A stretch of DNA of 64,000 nt from an uncultured Actinomycetota bacterium (GTDB taxonomy: Bacteria > Actinomycetota > Actinomycetes > JAHEKZ01). The DNA lies in assembly GCA_963743915.1 (NCBI GenBank), contig CAVURN010000001.1, forward strand, positions 544,001 to 608,000, read 5' to 3'. The notes under the pieces are model-generated. The model did not search any database. It saw nothing but the letters and a program-made list of their open reading frames with translations, and was not told the DNA's origin. Below are positions 54,249-64,000 of this stretch, in pieces (the stretch's first letter is position 1; each line of letters opens with the position of its first letter). Both the position numbers and the translations under genes were made by a program.

Positions 54249-54275
54249 CGCCGCCCCGGGCACTACCGTTGGCAG

Positions 54276-54671
54276 ATGCGCATCTCTGTCGTCCTCGACT
54301 GCCTCGACCCGGACGCCCTGGTGCCCTTCTGGCAGGAGGCTCTCGCCTACCAGCTCGTCGACAGCCTCGACGGGTACCGGATCCTCGCGCCGCGGGACGG
54401 CGAACCACCGGGGCCGGTGCTGATCCTGCAGCCAGTGCCCGAGCCCAAGTCGGTGAAGAACCGCATGCACATCGACGTGCACGCGGACCACGCGGCCGAC
54501 CACGTCCGGCGACTGGAGGAGCTCGGGGCGACCCGACTCGGAGCACCGGTCGCGGCCTTCGGTGTCACGTGGCAGACGCTGACCGATCCTGAGGGCCATG
54601 AGCTCTGCGTGGTCGCCCATGGGAGGCTTGACCTCGACGATCCTGCTGGTGCGGCCCCTGGTGAGGCCTAG
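54276..54671 (+). CDS. VOC/glyoxalase family protein
   Basis: [31 protein letters not shown]. Confidence 0.9.
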   Translation: MRISVVLDCLDPDALVPFWQEALAYQLVDSLDGYRILAPRDGEPPGPVLILQPVPEPKSVKNRMHIDVHADHAADHVRRLEELGATRLGAPVAAFGVTWQTLTDPEGHELCVVAHGRLDLDDPAGAAPGEA

Positions 54672-54709
54672 TCGACAGGGCTGGCCAGGGGTGGAGCACG
54701 GGAGGTCCG

Positions 54710-56006
54710 ATGGGCGCCAAGCCGCTCAAAGTCGCGTTGCTGGGCGCGGGTGTCGTCGGCTCCGAGGTCGCCCGACTGCTCGCCGAGCAGCACGACGACC
54801 TCACCGCGCGCGTAGGGGCGCCGTTGGAGCTGGTGGGCATCGGCGTCCGTCGGGTCGACGTCGATCGTGGCCGGTGGATCGACCCGGCGCTGGTCACTGA
54901 CGACCTGGACGAGCTCGTGGCCGGCCGTGGCGCTGACATCGTCGTCGAGCTCATGGGCGGCATCGACCCGGCACGACGGCTGATCCTGGGAGCGTTCGCC
55001 TCCGGCGCGAGTGTGGTCACCGGGAACAAGGCCTTGCTCGCCCAGCACGGGGCCGAGCTGCACGAGGCGTGTGACGCTGCGGGGCTCGACCTCTACTTCG
55101 AGGCCAGCGTGGCCGGCGCGATCCCCCTGCTCCGGCCCCTGCGCGAGTCGCTCGTCGGTGACCGCGTCCAGCGCGTGCTCGGCATCGTCAACGGCACCAC
55201 CAACTACATCCTGACGCGCATGGACGAGAGTGGCGCGTCCTACGACGACGCCCTGGCCGAGGCACAGGATCTCGGGTACGCCGAGAAGCCGGACCCGTCA
55301 GCTGACGTGGAGGGCCACGACGCGGCTGCCAAGGCCGCGATCATCGCCAGCCTCGCCTTCCACTCCCGGGTGACGCTGGACGACGTGTACTGCGAGGGCA
55401 TCTCCACCATCACGGCCGACGACGTCGGCGGCAGCGAGGGAGTCGGGGCACGTGGTGAAGCTGCTCGCGGTCGCCGAGCGCTCCACCGACGGCCGGGGCA
55501 TCAACGTGCGCGTCCATCCCGCGATGGTCCCGCGTCACCACCCCCTGGCGGCAGTGCGGGAGGCCTACAACGCCGTGTTCGTCGAGTCCGAGGCTGCCGG
55601 TCAGCTGATGTTCTACGGGCCCGGCGCCGGGGGCGCGCCGACGGCGAGTGCGGTGGTCGGCGACATCGTGGCGGTCGCGCGCAACCGGATCAGCGGAGGT
55701 CACGGACCGCGCGAGTCGGCATACGCGGCGCTACCGGTGCTGCCGATGGACACGTCCACCACGCGCTACTACATCAAGGTCGACCTGGCAGACAGAGCCG
55801 GAGTGCTGGCCGCAGTGGCCGCCACCTTCGCCGAGCACGACGTCAGCATCGAGACACTCCGGCAGGAGGGGCACGGCGACGAGGCGACGCTGGAGATCGT
55901 GACCCACGACGCCGCGGAGTCAGCCCTGGCCAAGACCTGCGACTCGCTGCGAGGACTCGACTCGGTGCAGCAGATCACGTCCGTCATGCGGGTGGTGGGA
56001 GAATGA
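54710..56006 (+). CDS. hom: Homoserine dehydrogenase with C-terminal ACT domain; frameshift(s) at about 55280-55450
   Basis: [28 protein letters not shown]; [13 protein letters not shown] and DRAGVLA in the second frame. Confidence 0.93.
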
Positions 56007-57094
56007 GCGGGATGAGCACCCAGCCGATGTCCCGGACGCACCAGTGGCGCGGAGTCATCGACGAGTACCGCGACCGGCTGCCGGTCAGTGACGCGACTCC
56101 CGTCATCTCGCTCCGTGAGGGTGGCACGCCCCTGGTGCGCGCGAACGTGGTCTCCGAACGCACCGGCTGTGAGGTGTGGCTCAAGGTCGAGGGAGCCAAC
56201 CCCACCGGCTCGTTCAAGGACCGTGGCATGACGATGGCCATCTCCAAGGCAGCCGAGGAGGGCGCGCGAGCTGTCATCTGCGCATCCACCGGCAACACCA
56301 GCGCCAGCGCGGCGGCCTACGCCGTGCGTGCCGGGATGGTCTGTGCCGTCCTCGTGCCGCAGGGCAAGATCGCGCTGGGCAAGCTGAGCCAGGCCCTGGC
56401 CCACGGTGCCCGGTTGCTGCAGGTCGACGGCAACTTCGACGACTGCCTGAACTTGGCCCGCGATCTCTCCGAGCAGTACCCGGTGGCCCTGGTCAACAGC
56501 GTCAACCCGGTGCGCATCGAGGGTCAGAAGACGGCTGCGTTCGAGATCGTCGACCAGCTCGGTGACGCCCCCGACATCCATGCGCTGCCGGTCGGCAACG
56601 CCGGCAACATCACGGCGTACTGGCGCGGCTACCGCGAGTACGCCGACGACGGCGTGAGCTCGGGTCGTCCCCGCATGTGGGGCTTCCAAGCGGCAGGTGC
56701 GGCGCCGATCGTGCGGGGGGAGGTCGTCGCGAAGCCGTCGACGGTCGCCACCGCCATCCGGATCGGCAACCCCGCATCGTGGCAGTACGCGCTGGAGGCG
56801 CGTGAGCAGTCCGGCGGTGTCATCGAGGCCGTGACGGACCGCGAGATCCTTGCGGCCTACCGTCTGCTCGCCTCGCAGGAGGGGGTCTTCGTGGAGCCGG
56901 CATCGGCCGCCGGTGTCGCGGGACTGCTGAAGAAGGCGGAGAGCGGCTCCCTCACACCCGGTCAGACCGTGGTCTGCACGGTCACCGGTCACGGGCTCAA
57001 GGACCCGGACTGGGCGATCGCCGGTGCACCACAGCCGGTGACGGTCGCGGCGGACCCGCACGCGGCCGCTGTGCTGCTGGGGCTGACCGACTAG
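56003..57094 (+). CDS. thrC: Threonine synthase
   Basis: [37 protein letters not shown]; ATGA overlap with hom. Confidence 0.96.
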   Translation: MSGMSTQPMSRTHQWRGVIDEYRDRLPVSDATPVISLREGGTPLVRANVVSERTGCEVWLKVEGANPTGSFKDRGMTMAISKAAEEGARAVICASTGNTSASAAAYAVRAGMVCAVLVPQGKIALGKLSQALAHGARLLQVDGNFDDCLNLARDLSEQYPVALVNSVNPVRIEGQKTAAFEIVDQLGDAPDIHALPVGNAGNITAYWRGYREYADDGVSSGRPRMWGFQAAGAAPIVRGEVVAKPSTVATAIRIGNPASWQYALEAREQSGGVIEAVTDREILAAYRLLASQEGVFVEPASAAGVAGLLKKAESGSLTPGQTVVCTVTGHGLKDPDWAIAGAPQPVTVAADPHAAAVLLGLTD

Positions 57095-58006
57095 TGGCGG
57101 CGCCCATGTTCCGGGCGGCGACGCTGCGCGTCCGCGTCCCCGCCACCAGCGCCAACCTCGGTCCGGGCTACGACTCGTTCGGCCTCGCTCTGTCGCTCCA
57201 CGACGAGATCGTGGTGCGGGTCGGTGAGAACGGCCTCGACGTCGACGTCGCCGGCGAGGGGGCCGACAAGGTGCGCAGGGACGCGCGCAACCTCGTGGTC
57301 AAGGCGATGAACACCGCGTTCGACCGCATGGGAGGACGTCCACGAGGGCTCGAGGTGCGCTGCCTGAACCGCATCCCGCACGGACGCGGCCTCGGCTCCT
57401 CGGCAGCGGCGATCGTCGGAGGTCTGGTTGCGGCGCGCGCGCTGACCGTCGGGGGCGACGAGCGGTTCGACGACGAACGACTGCTGGCCGTGGCCACCGA
57501 GATGGAGGGTCACGCCGACAACGTGTCCGCGGCGGTGCACGGGGGGTTCACCGTCGCGTGGACGGACGGGGGAGAGGTGGGCGTCCTCGCCTCGGGCCCG
57601 CACCCGGACCTGCTGCCGGTGGCGTTCATCGCGGGAACCGAGCTGCGCACCGCCAAGGCGCGCAGGGTGCTGCCGGAGGTCGTGCCGCACGAGCGATGCG
57701 GCCCTCAACAGCGCGCGAGCCGGACTCCTCGCCCGCGCGGTCGTCGAGCGACCGGACCTGCTGATGGTGGCCACCGAGGACTTCCTGCACCAGGAGTACC
57801 GACGCCCGGTCATGCCGCGTTCGCTCGCCCTCGTCGACGAGCTGCGCGCCGCCGGGGTCCCTGCCGTGGTCTCCGGGGCCGGGCCGACCGTGCTGGCGCT
57901 GACCGACCGGGCGACGGCCGCAGACCTGGCCGCCCAGTCGCGGCGGGGGTGGCAGATCGAGGCGCTGGAGGCTGATCGCCAAGGGGTCCAGGTGCTGCCG
58001 CTGTAG
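57094..58006 (+). CDS. thrB: Homoserine kinase; frameshift near 57695
   Basis: [27 protein letters not shown]; LHQEYR, SGAGPT in the next frame. Confidence 0.94.
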
Positions 58007-58278
58007 CGCACCGCTACAGGATGCGGGGCGACACGCCGACATCACTCGGGAGACCCCCGGGAACACTCCGGTGCCGTCAGGTGTTACGGTGGCATCGCAC
58101 CGGGTTCCCGAGTGTCTTCCCTTCAGGGCAATTCACTTCGATCCACACCGAACCCGTCCCGCCGGACGTTTCTGATCCCGGCGGCGCTCCACCCCTCCTG
58201 ACCCGTGCACCGCACGTCCCAGGAGAACCCCCACCGGGCGCTCTTTTCGGCGCACCGGAACTTTTGGAAGGACATCGC

Positions 58279-60057
58279 GTGAGCGACACCACCGACACCC
58301 TCCCGCAGGACGCCACGTCGACTCCTCGTCGGTCGAGCGGACTGTCCGGGATGGTTCTCGCCGAGCTGCAGACCGTGGCCTCCGGGCTCGGCATCACCGG
58401 CACCACCCGGATGCGCAAGGGTGAGCTGATCGAGGCCATCAAGGCCGCCCAGGGCGGAGGCGGCTCGGCCGCCGGCTCCTCGGGCGCCGCACCGCGCCGC
58501 ACCCGCAGCAAGGCGTCCGACGGCGCCCCCACCACCAAGGACGCCCCCTCCGCCAAGGGAGCAGAGTCTTCCAGCGGTGCCGCTGACGCCGCGACGGCGC
58601 CGGCCGACGGCGCCTCCGACGGGGCCTCCGCTCCCACGACGGACGCCCGCCAGACCCGCACCCAGGGTCGTGGCGACAGGTCCGACGGGCGCGAGAGCCG
58701 CAGCGACAACCGCGGCGCCAACGACCGCGAGCGACCGCAGCGCCAACGACCGCGCGCGACAACCGCAGCGCCAATGACCGCAGCGGCGACCGCGACGGCT
58801 ACGAGGGCAGCCGCAGCAGCCGGCGTCGTCGTCGTGGGACGCGACCGCTACCGCGACCGTCCGAGCCGCGACCGCTACTCCGAGAGCGAGCCGACGGTCA
58901 GCCCCGACGACGTGCTGGTCCCCGTGGCCGGCATCGTCGACGTCCTCGACAACTACGCCTTCGTGCGCACCTCCGGCTACCTGCCCGGTCCGAACGACAT
59001 CTACGTCTCACTGTCGCAGGTGCGTCGCTACGGGCTGCGCCGCGGCGACGCCGTCACCGGCGCCGTCCGCCAGCCGAAGGAGGGGGAGCGCCGCGAGAAG
59101 TTCAACGCGCTCGTGCGCCTCGACACCGTCAACGGCACCGAACCGGACGAGGCCAAGCAGCGCGCCGACTTCAACAAGCTGACGCCTCTCTACCCGCAGG
59201 ACCGTCTGCGACTCGAGACCGAGTCCGGCATGCTCACCACCCGCGTCATCGACCTGGTGGCGCCGATCGGCAAGGGCCAGCGGGGACTCATCGTCTCGCC
59301 TCCGAAGGCCGGCAAGACCATGGTGCTGCAGGCGATCGCCAACGCGATCACGTCCAACAACCCCGAGGTGCACCTCATGGTCGTGCTCGTCGACGAGCGC
59401 CCCGAAGAGGTCACCGACATGCAGCGCACGGTCAAGGGCGAGGTCATCGCCTCCACCTTCGACCGTCCTGCCGACGACCACACGACGGTTGCCGAGCTCG
59501 CCATCGAGCGCGCCAAGCGGCTGGTCGAGCTCGGCCACGACGTCGTCGTCCTGCTCGACTCGATGACGCGGCTGGGCCGCGCCTACAACCTGTCGGCGCC
59601 GGCCTCGGGCCGGATCCTGTCCGGTGGCGTCGACTCGTCGGCCCTGTACCCGCCGAAGCGCTTCTTCGGCGCAGCGCGCAACATCGAGAACGGCGGCTCG
59701 CTGACGATCCTCGCCACGGCCCTGGTCGAGACCGGGTCGAAGATGGACGAGGTGATCTTCGAGGAGTTCAAGGGCACCGGAAACATGGAGCTCAAGCTCG
59801 ACCGCAGGCTCGCGGACAAGCGGGTCTTCCCGGCGGTGGACGTCGACGCGTCCGGAACCCGCAAGGAGGAGCTGCTGCTCGGGGCCGACGAGCTGAAGAT
59901 CGTGTGGAGCCTGCGTCGGGTGCTGCACGCCCTCGAGTCGCAGCAGGCGCTCGAGCTCCTGCTCTCCAAGCTCAAGGAGACCAAGAGCAACACCGAGTTC
60001 CTGCTCCAGGTGCAGAAGACCACCCCCGGCGCCATGCTCAGCGAGGACGCCGACTGA
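58279..60057 (+). CDS. rho: Transcription termination factor Rho with actinobacterial N-terminal insertion
   Basis: [39 protein letters not shown]; GGAAGGA RBS. Confidence 0.97.
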   Translation: MSDTTDTLPQDATSTPRRSSGLSGMVLAELQTVASGLGITGTTRMRKGELIEAIKAAQGGGGSAAGSSGAAPRRTRSKASDGAPTTKDAPSAKGAESSSGAADAATAPADGASDGASAPTTDARQTRTQGRGDRSDGRESRSDNRGANDRERPQRQRPRATTAAPMTAAATATATRAAAAAGVVVVGRDRYRDRPSRDRYSESEPTVSPDDVLVPVAGIVDVLDNYAFVRTSGYLPGPNDIYVSLSQVRRYGLRRGDAVTGAVRQPKEGERREKFNALVRLDTVNGTEPDEAKQRADFNKLTPLYPQDRLRLETESGMLTTRVIDLVAPIGKGQRGLIVSPPKAGKTMVLQAIANAITSNNPEVHLMVVLVDERPEEVTDMQRTVKGEVIASTFDRPADDHTTVAELAIERAKRLVELGHDVVVLLDSMTRLGRAYNLSAPASGRILSGGVDSSALYPPKRFFGAARNIENGGSLTILATALVETGSKMDEVIFEEFKGTGNMELKLDRRLADKRVFPAVDVDASGTRKEELLLGADELKIVWSLRRVLHALESQQALELLLSKLKETKSNTEFLLQVQKTTPGAMLSEDAD

Positions 60058-60214
60058 CCGGAGTCCGTCCCCGTGACCGCCTCGGCAACGCAGAGGCACC
60101 TCGTCAGCGGTCCCCAAGCGCGACCACATCCCACAGCGACCTCGCGTCACGCCGTGTTTAGCCCATTCGGGTGATTGTCTGGACGGGTGAATTCGTGCGA
60201 TCTATCGTGGCCAG

Positions 60215-60796
60215 ATGCTGACGCGTAGCGCGCTTGCACTGACAGCAGCGTTGGTCGCTGTGTCGCTGAGCCCGAGTGCTGCAGAGGCGGCGTATGACGT
60301 GGGGCAGGACCAGGTCTCCGCGGGAGCCGGCGATGAATACGCATCATGGAATGCCGATCTGTACCCCGACTACCTGACCATGTTCGCGAGAAGTCAGCCG
60401 AATCTGGCGAACAACCGTTGCCTCGACAGCTATTTCGACTGGGACACGATAGACAGCACCCATTGGGATGCGCGCATCGCGCGGGTGTGCCGCGCTGACG
60501 CCTATCGCGATTCGAATGACGTGTTCCGGGAGAACGCTGCGTCATACGAGTACCTGCTTTCGGGGGCGCAACGAGGTGCCGGGTGCATCTTCTTTCAGAG
60601 CAGCCTGAGCTATTTGGATGGCCAGGGTAATTCGAGCTGTGTTCAGCTCAGCGGTACTCTGCAAAGCGCAAACCTTGGGGCAGAGTACATAGCAACCTCT
60701 GAGTATGCAGATCGATACTTCCATATGTGGGTTAGGCGTTCCAATGGGAACGCCGACGTCATTCCAGGTGGATCTCCGTCAGATCCCGCCGGTTAA
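60215..60796 (+). CDS. Secreted hypothetical protein, lower GC
   Basis: Signal peptide ending AEA; four Cys; rich in aromatic residues and Asp. Confidence 0.75.
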   Translation: MLTRSALALTAALVAVSLSPSAAEAAYDVGQDQVSAGAGDEYASWNADLYPDYLTMFARSQPNLANNRCLDSYFDWDTIDSTHWDARIARVCRADAYRDSNDVFRENAASYEYLLSGAQRGAGCIFFQSSLSYLDGQGNSSCVQLSGTLQSANLGAEYIATSEYADRYFHMWVRRSNGNADVIPGGSPSDPAG

Positions 60797-60816
60797 CGGT
60801 AAAGGGGGAATGTGGC

Positions 60817-61719
60817 GTGCACAAGGGCGTGGTCGTGGCGAGCGCGGCGGTCCTGCTTGTCGTTGCCTGCGGGACCGAAGACAGTCAGGTTTCCCCGGCT
60901 GTCGAAGACGCACACCTGCTTGCCCTGCAGGAATCGATCATGGGAACTCCCGCTCAGCGCAGTGCTGGCGAGTATCTCGGCAACTACGCACTCGACGCGC
61001 CAGTGCAGGAATGCATGGCTGAGAAGGGCTTGCCGTACGAGATCAAGTACATGGACACGTCAATCGGTACGGAGACCAGGAGTCTTGGGGACACGTGGAC
61101 GGAGCCGCTCGACCTCACCCACATGCTGCATAACATGCAGGTGGTCGCAGCGAAGGCGCCAAAGGAGGAGCGGCTCTCTTCCCCCCCGGACAAGGACGAC
61201 GTGAAGGCCACTCCTGAATATGCCGATGCATTGCGGATATGCGATGATGAAGAGGGCAGTTGGAGTGACGCCTCAAGCCCTCCCAAATCTATGCGCCTGG
61301 CAGTGCGACTCGACATGGCACTACAAGACATTGAACGGGACTTTGGTGGTAATGGTCCGTACAACGACTGCATGGCGGACGCTGGCTTTGACGTCTACCA
61401 GAACGACCTTGATGGTGTGAACGGCCTGGAGTGGCTACTTATCGACCGTGCACCGCCACCCGCCGACCGCCCAGCGCCAGGTGAAGCGGGAGGACCACGG
61501 TGGGCTGACTTTTTGGTGTTTGCCAACCAGGCGCTGGCGTCAGATCGTGCCTGCAGATCCGACAAGCACGCTGAGGCGATGAGCCGAGTCGGGGAGCTTC
61601 TCGATGACTTCGAACAGGAGAACGCCACCGAGATCGCCCGGATTCAAGCGGAATGGCAGGCCCTCGTGCAGGAAGCCCAGGAGAAGGGTTGGGTAGACCA
61701 GACCCAGCGTTACTCGTGA
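60817..61719 (+). CDS. Hypothetical lipoprotein with two C-M-x3-G repeats, lower GC
   Basis: Lipobox VVAC; ECMAEKG...RIC and DCMADAG...RAC. Confidence 0.75.
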   Translation: MHKGVVVASAAVLLVVACGTEDSQVSPAVEDAHLLALQESIMGTPAQRSAGEYLGNYALDAPVQECMAEKGLPYEIKYMDTSIGTETRSLGDTWTEPLDLTHMLHNMQVVAAKAPKEERLSSPPDKDDVKATPEYADALRICDDEEGSWSDASSPPKSMRLAVRLDMALQDIERDFGGNGPYNDCMADAGFDVYQNDLDGVNGLEWLLIDRAPPPADRPAPGEAGGPRWADFLVFANQALASDRACRSDKHAEAMSRVGELLDDFEQENATEIARIQAEWQALVQEAQEKGWVDQTQRYS

Positions 61720-61747
61720 AGTTGAGGGCGGTGGCGCTGTCGCGGCT

Positions 61748-61776
61748 TTGGAGTGCGTCGGCGCCGATGGCATAAT
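61748..61776 (+). promoter_or_regulatory. Promoter of rpmE
   Basis: TTGGAG-17 nt-CATAAT with extended TG. Confidence 0.6.
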
Positions 61777-61786
61777 CTTCTGCGGT

Positions 61787-61821
61787 CCCGGTTCACGGCC
61801 TCGCTCGAGACCGACCCGGAA
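61787..61821 (+). ncRNA. Putative actinobacterial L31 ribosomal-protein leader hairpin
   Basis: CCGGTTCACGG...CCGACCCGG bulged stem in the rpmE 5' UTR. Confidence 0.55.
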
Positions 61822-61840
61822 CCCCGAACGAGGAGACCCG

Positions 61841-62053
61841 ATGAAGCCCGACATCCACCCCACCTACGTGCCGACGCAGGTCACCTGTACCTGCGGCACC
61901 ACGTTCGTGACCCGCAGCACCGCGGCCAACGGCGTGATCCACGCCGAGACCTGCTCCAACTGCCACCCCTTCTACACGGGCAAGCAGCGCATCCTCGACA
62001 CCGGCGGCCGGGTCGCCCGCTTCGAGAAGCGGTACGGCAAGAAGGACAGCTAG
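61841..62053 (+). CDS. rpmE: 50S ribosomal protein L31 (zinc-binding type A)
   Basis: [29 protein letters not shown]. Confidence 0.97.
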   Translation: MKPDIHPTYVPTQVTCTCGTTFVTRSTAANGVIHAETCSNCHPFYTGKQRILDTGGRVARFEKRYGKKDS

Positions 62054-62061
62054 CGTCACGC

Positions 62062-62095
62062 ACGGCGCCGCGGGCTTCACGGCCTGCGGCGCCGT
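62062..62095 (+). terminator. GC-rich stem-loop after rpmE
   Basis: ACGGCGCCGCGGGC-ttcacg-GCCTGCGGCGCCGT; no U-tract. Confidence 0.55.
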
Positions 62096-62136
62096 CGTCG
62101 TGTGTACCCGCATCTCACCGCACACCGGAGGATCGG

Positions 62137-63210
62137 ATGTTCGAGCAGGTCGACGTCCTCGTCGCTGAGTACGCCGACCTCGAGCGTCAGCTCGCCGATC
62201 CGGGCGTCCACGCCGACACCGGCCGCGCGCGGACGCTCGGGCGGCGCTACGCCGAGCTCGGACCCATCGTGAGCACGTACCAACGGTGGAAGCAGCTGGG
62301 CGGGGACGTCGAGGCCGCCCGGGAGCTGGCGGCCGAGGACGCCGGGTTCGCCGAGGAAGTCACCCGCATGGACGCCGAGCGCGATGCACTCGCCGACCGG
62401 CTCACCGAGCTGCTGCTGCCACGTGACCCTGACGACGACAAGGACGTGATCCTCGAGGTCAAGGCCGGCGAGGGTGGCGACGAGTCGGCGCTGTTCGCCG
62501 GTGACCTGCTGCGGATGTACCTGCGCTTCGCCGAACGCCAGGGGTGGAAGGCGGAGGTGCTGGACGCGCAGGAGTCCGACCTCGGTGGCTACAAGGACGT
62601 GTCGGTGGCGATCAAGAGCAAGGGGACACCCGCTCCGGGCGACGGCGTGTGGTCCCAGCTGAAGTACGAGGGTGGGGTGCACCGGGTCCAGCGAGTGCCG
62701 GTGACGGAGAGCCAGGGCCGCATCCACACCAGTGCGGCCGGCGTCCTCGTCATGCCCGAGGCCGAGGACGTCGAGGTGGAGGTCGACCCGAACGACCTGC
62801 GGATCGACGTGTACCGCAGCAGCGGACCGGGCGGTCAGAGCGTCAACACCACCGACTCCGCGGTCCGGATCACCCATGTGCCGACCGGCATCGTCGTCAG
62901 CTGCCAGAACGAGAAGTCGCAGCTGCAGAACCGCGAGCAGGCACTGCGCATCCTCCGGGCCCGGCTGCTCGCGGCCAAGCAGGAGGCCGCCGACCGCGAG
63001 GCGTCCGCCGCCCGACGGTCGCAGGTGCGCACCGTCGACCGCTCCGAGCGCATCCGCACCTACAACTTCGCCGAGAACCGGATCTCCGACCACCGGGTGG
63101 GCTTCAAGGCGTACAACCTCGACCAGGTGCTCGACGGCGACCTCACCGCGGTCATCACCGCCTGCAAGGCCGCCGACCGCGCGGCCGAGCTGGCCGGAGA
63201 CACCGCATGA
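62137..63210 (+). CDS. prfA: Peptide chain release factor 1
   Basis: [12 protein letters not shown] (PxT), [13 protein letters not shown]. Confidence 0.97.
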   Translation: MFEQVDVLVAEYADLERQLADPGVHADTGRARTLGRRYAELGPIVSTYQRWKQLGGDVEAARELAAEDAGFAEEVTRMDAERDALADRLTELLLPRDPDDDKDVILEVKAGEGGDESALFAGDLLRMYLRFAERQGWKAEVLDAQESDLGGYKDVSVAIKSKGTPAPGDGVWSQLKYEGGVHRVQRVPVTESQGRIHTSAAGVLVMPEAEDVEVEVDPNDLRIDVYRSSGPGGQSVNTTDSAVRITHVPTGIVVSCQNEKSQLQNREQALRILRARLLAAKQEAADREASAARRSQVRTVDRSERIRTYNFAENRISDHRVGFKAYNLDQVLDGDLTAVITACKAADRAAELAGDTA

Positions 63211-64000
63211 CCACGCTCGACGACGGCGCGCGGCCGGGCGTCGACGCGCCTCCGCCCGCAGGGCGGACGCTCGGACAGGCCCTGGCCGAGGCCGAACGGC
63301 GTCTCGCCGCCGCTGCCGTCCCGAGTCCTCGCACCGACGCCGAGCTGCTCGCCGGACACCTGCTGGATGTCGGCCGCGGGGGCCTCTGGACCCATCGCGA
63401 CGATCCGGTGCCGCCCGCCTTCGACGACCTCGTCGCCCGACGGGCCGAGCGCATCCCGCTGCAGCACCTCACCGGACGGGCGTACTTCCGCACGGTCACC
63501 CTGGCGGTCGGCCCCGGTGTGTTCTCCCCGCGTCCGGAGACCGAGGTCGTCGTGGGCCATGCTCTCGACGTGCTCGCCGAGCACGGTCCGCAGCCGCTCG
63601 TGGCTGACCTCTGCGCCGGCTCGGGTGCGATCGCGGCGGCGGTCGTCACCGAGGCACCGCACGCCGAGGTGCATGCCGTCGAGCGCGACCCCGGCGCGCA
63701 CCCGTGGCTGAGCCACAACGCAGCGGTGCACGGCTTCACCGCGCACATGCAGGACATCGAGGGGTGTCTGCCTCACCTCGACGGCCTGGTCGACGTGGTG
63801 GTGGCCAACCCCCCGTACATCCCGGTCGACTGTGTCCCGCGTGACCCGGAGGTCGCGAGGTTCGACCCTGCGATGGCGTTGTACTCCGGCACGGACGGGC
63901 TGGACCACATGCGCCTCGTCGAGGAGGCTGCGGCGCGACTGCTGCGACCAGGGGGACACGTTGTGGTGGAGCACGGCGACCTGCAGGGCCGGTCGGCGCC
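63207..64000 (+). CDS. prmC: Release factor glutamine methyltransferase; runs off window end
   Basis: [33 protein letters not shown]; ATGA overlap with prfA. Confidence 0.93.
   Translation, partial: MTTLDDGARPGVDAPPPAGRTLGQALAEAERRLAAAAVPSPRTDAELLAGHLLDVGRGGLWTHRDDPVPPAFDDLVARRAERIPLQHLTGRAYFRTVTLAVGPGVFSPRPETEVVVGHALDVLAEHGPQPLVADLCAGSGAIAAAVVTEAPHAEVHAVERDPGAHPWLSHNAAVHGFTAHMQDIEGCLPHLDGLVDVVVANPPYIPVDCVPRDPEVARFDPAMALYSGTDGLDHMRLVEEAAARLLRPGGHVVVEHGDLQGRSA

Noticed and set aside
54710-57094. 794-aa Hom-ThrC fusion ORF
   Set aside because: The Hom C-terminus with its own stop is in another frame (55452-56006) and thrC has its own ATG at 56003; indel artefact

Overview
High-GC (roughly 70% by eye) actinobacterial chromosomal segment. 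The right end is the conserved core block tRNA-Arg(CCG) ... argS-lysA-hom-thrC-thrB-rho-rpmE-prfA-prmC. The rest is metabolic and accessory: phhA, a DEAD-box helicase, acetoacetyl-CoA synthetase, sbcDC, MFS/TetR modules, a HipA-like kinase with DUF3037, a LexA-controlled DUF222-HNH gene, a TetR-linked amino-acid/acyl-CoA catabolic cluster, mmuM, a GcvT-family oxidoreductase and DUF3105/DUF305 genes. Many genes, including lysA, hom and thrB, carry single-base frameshifts that look like long-read consensus errors. The strongest candidate for an undescribed system is a leaderless operon with a PafBC-type DNA-damage promoter motif, in which sbcD-sbcC is translationally coupled to a 253-aa protein of two tandem RNase III domains (one with intact catalytic residues, one degenerate, no dsRBD), predicted to be a single-chain duplex-RNA nickase. 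Also notable: a REP-like CGAGTG...CACTCG hairpin element interrupting the SOS-regulated HNH gene, a Nudix-NYN/PIN fusion, and a lower-GC secreted-protein/lipoprotein pair between rho and rpmE. All calls come from motif recognition by eye; no database searches were run.
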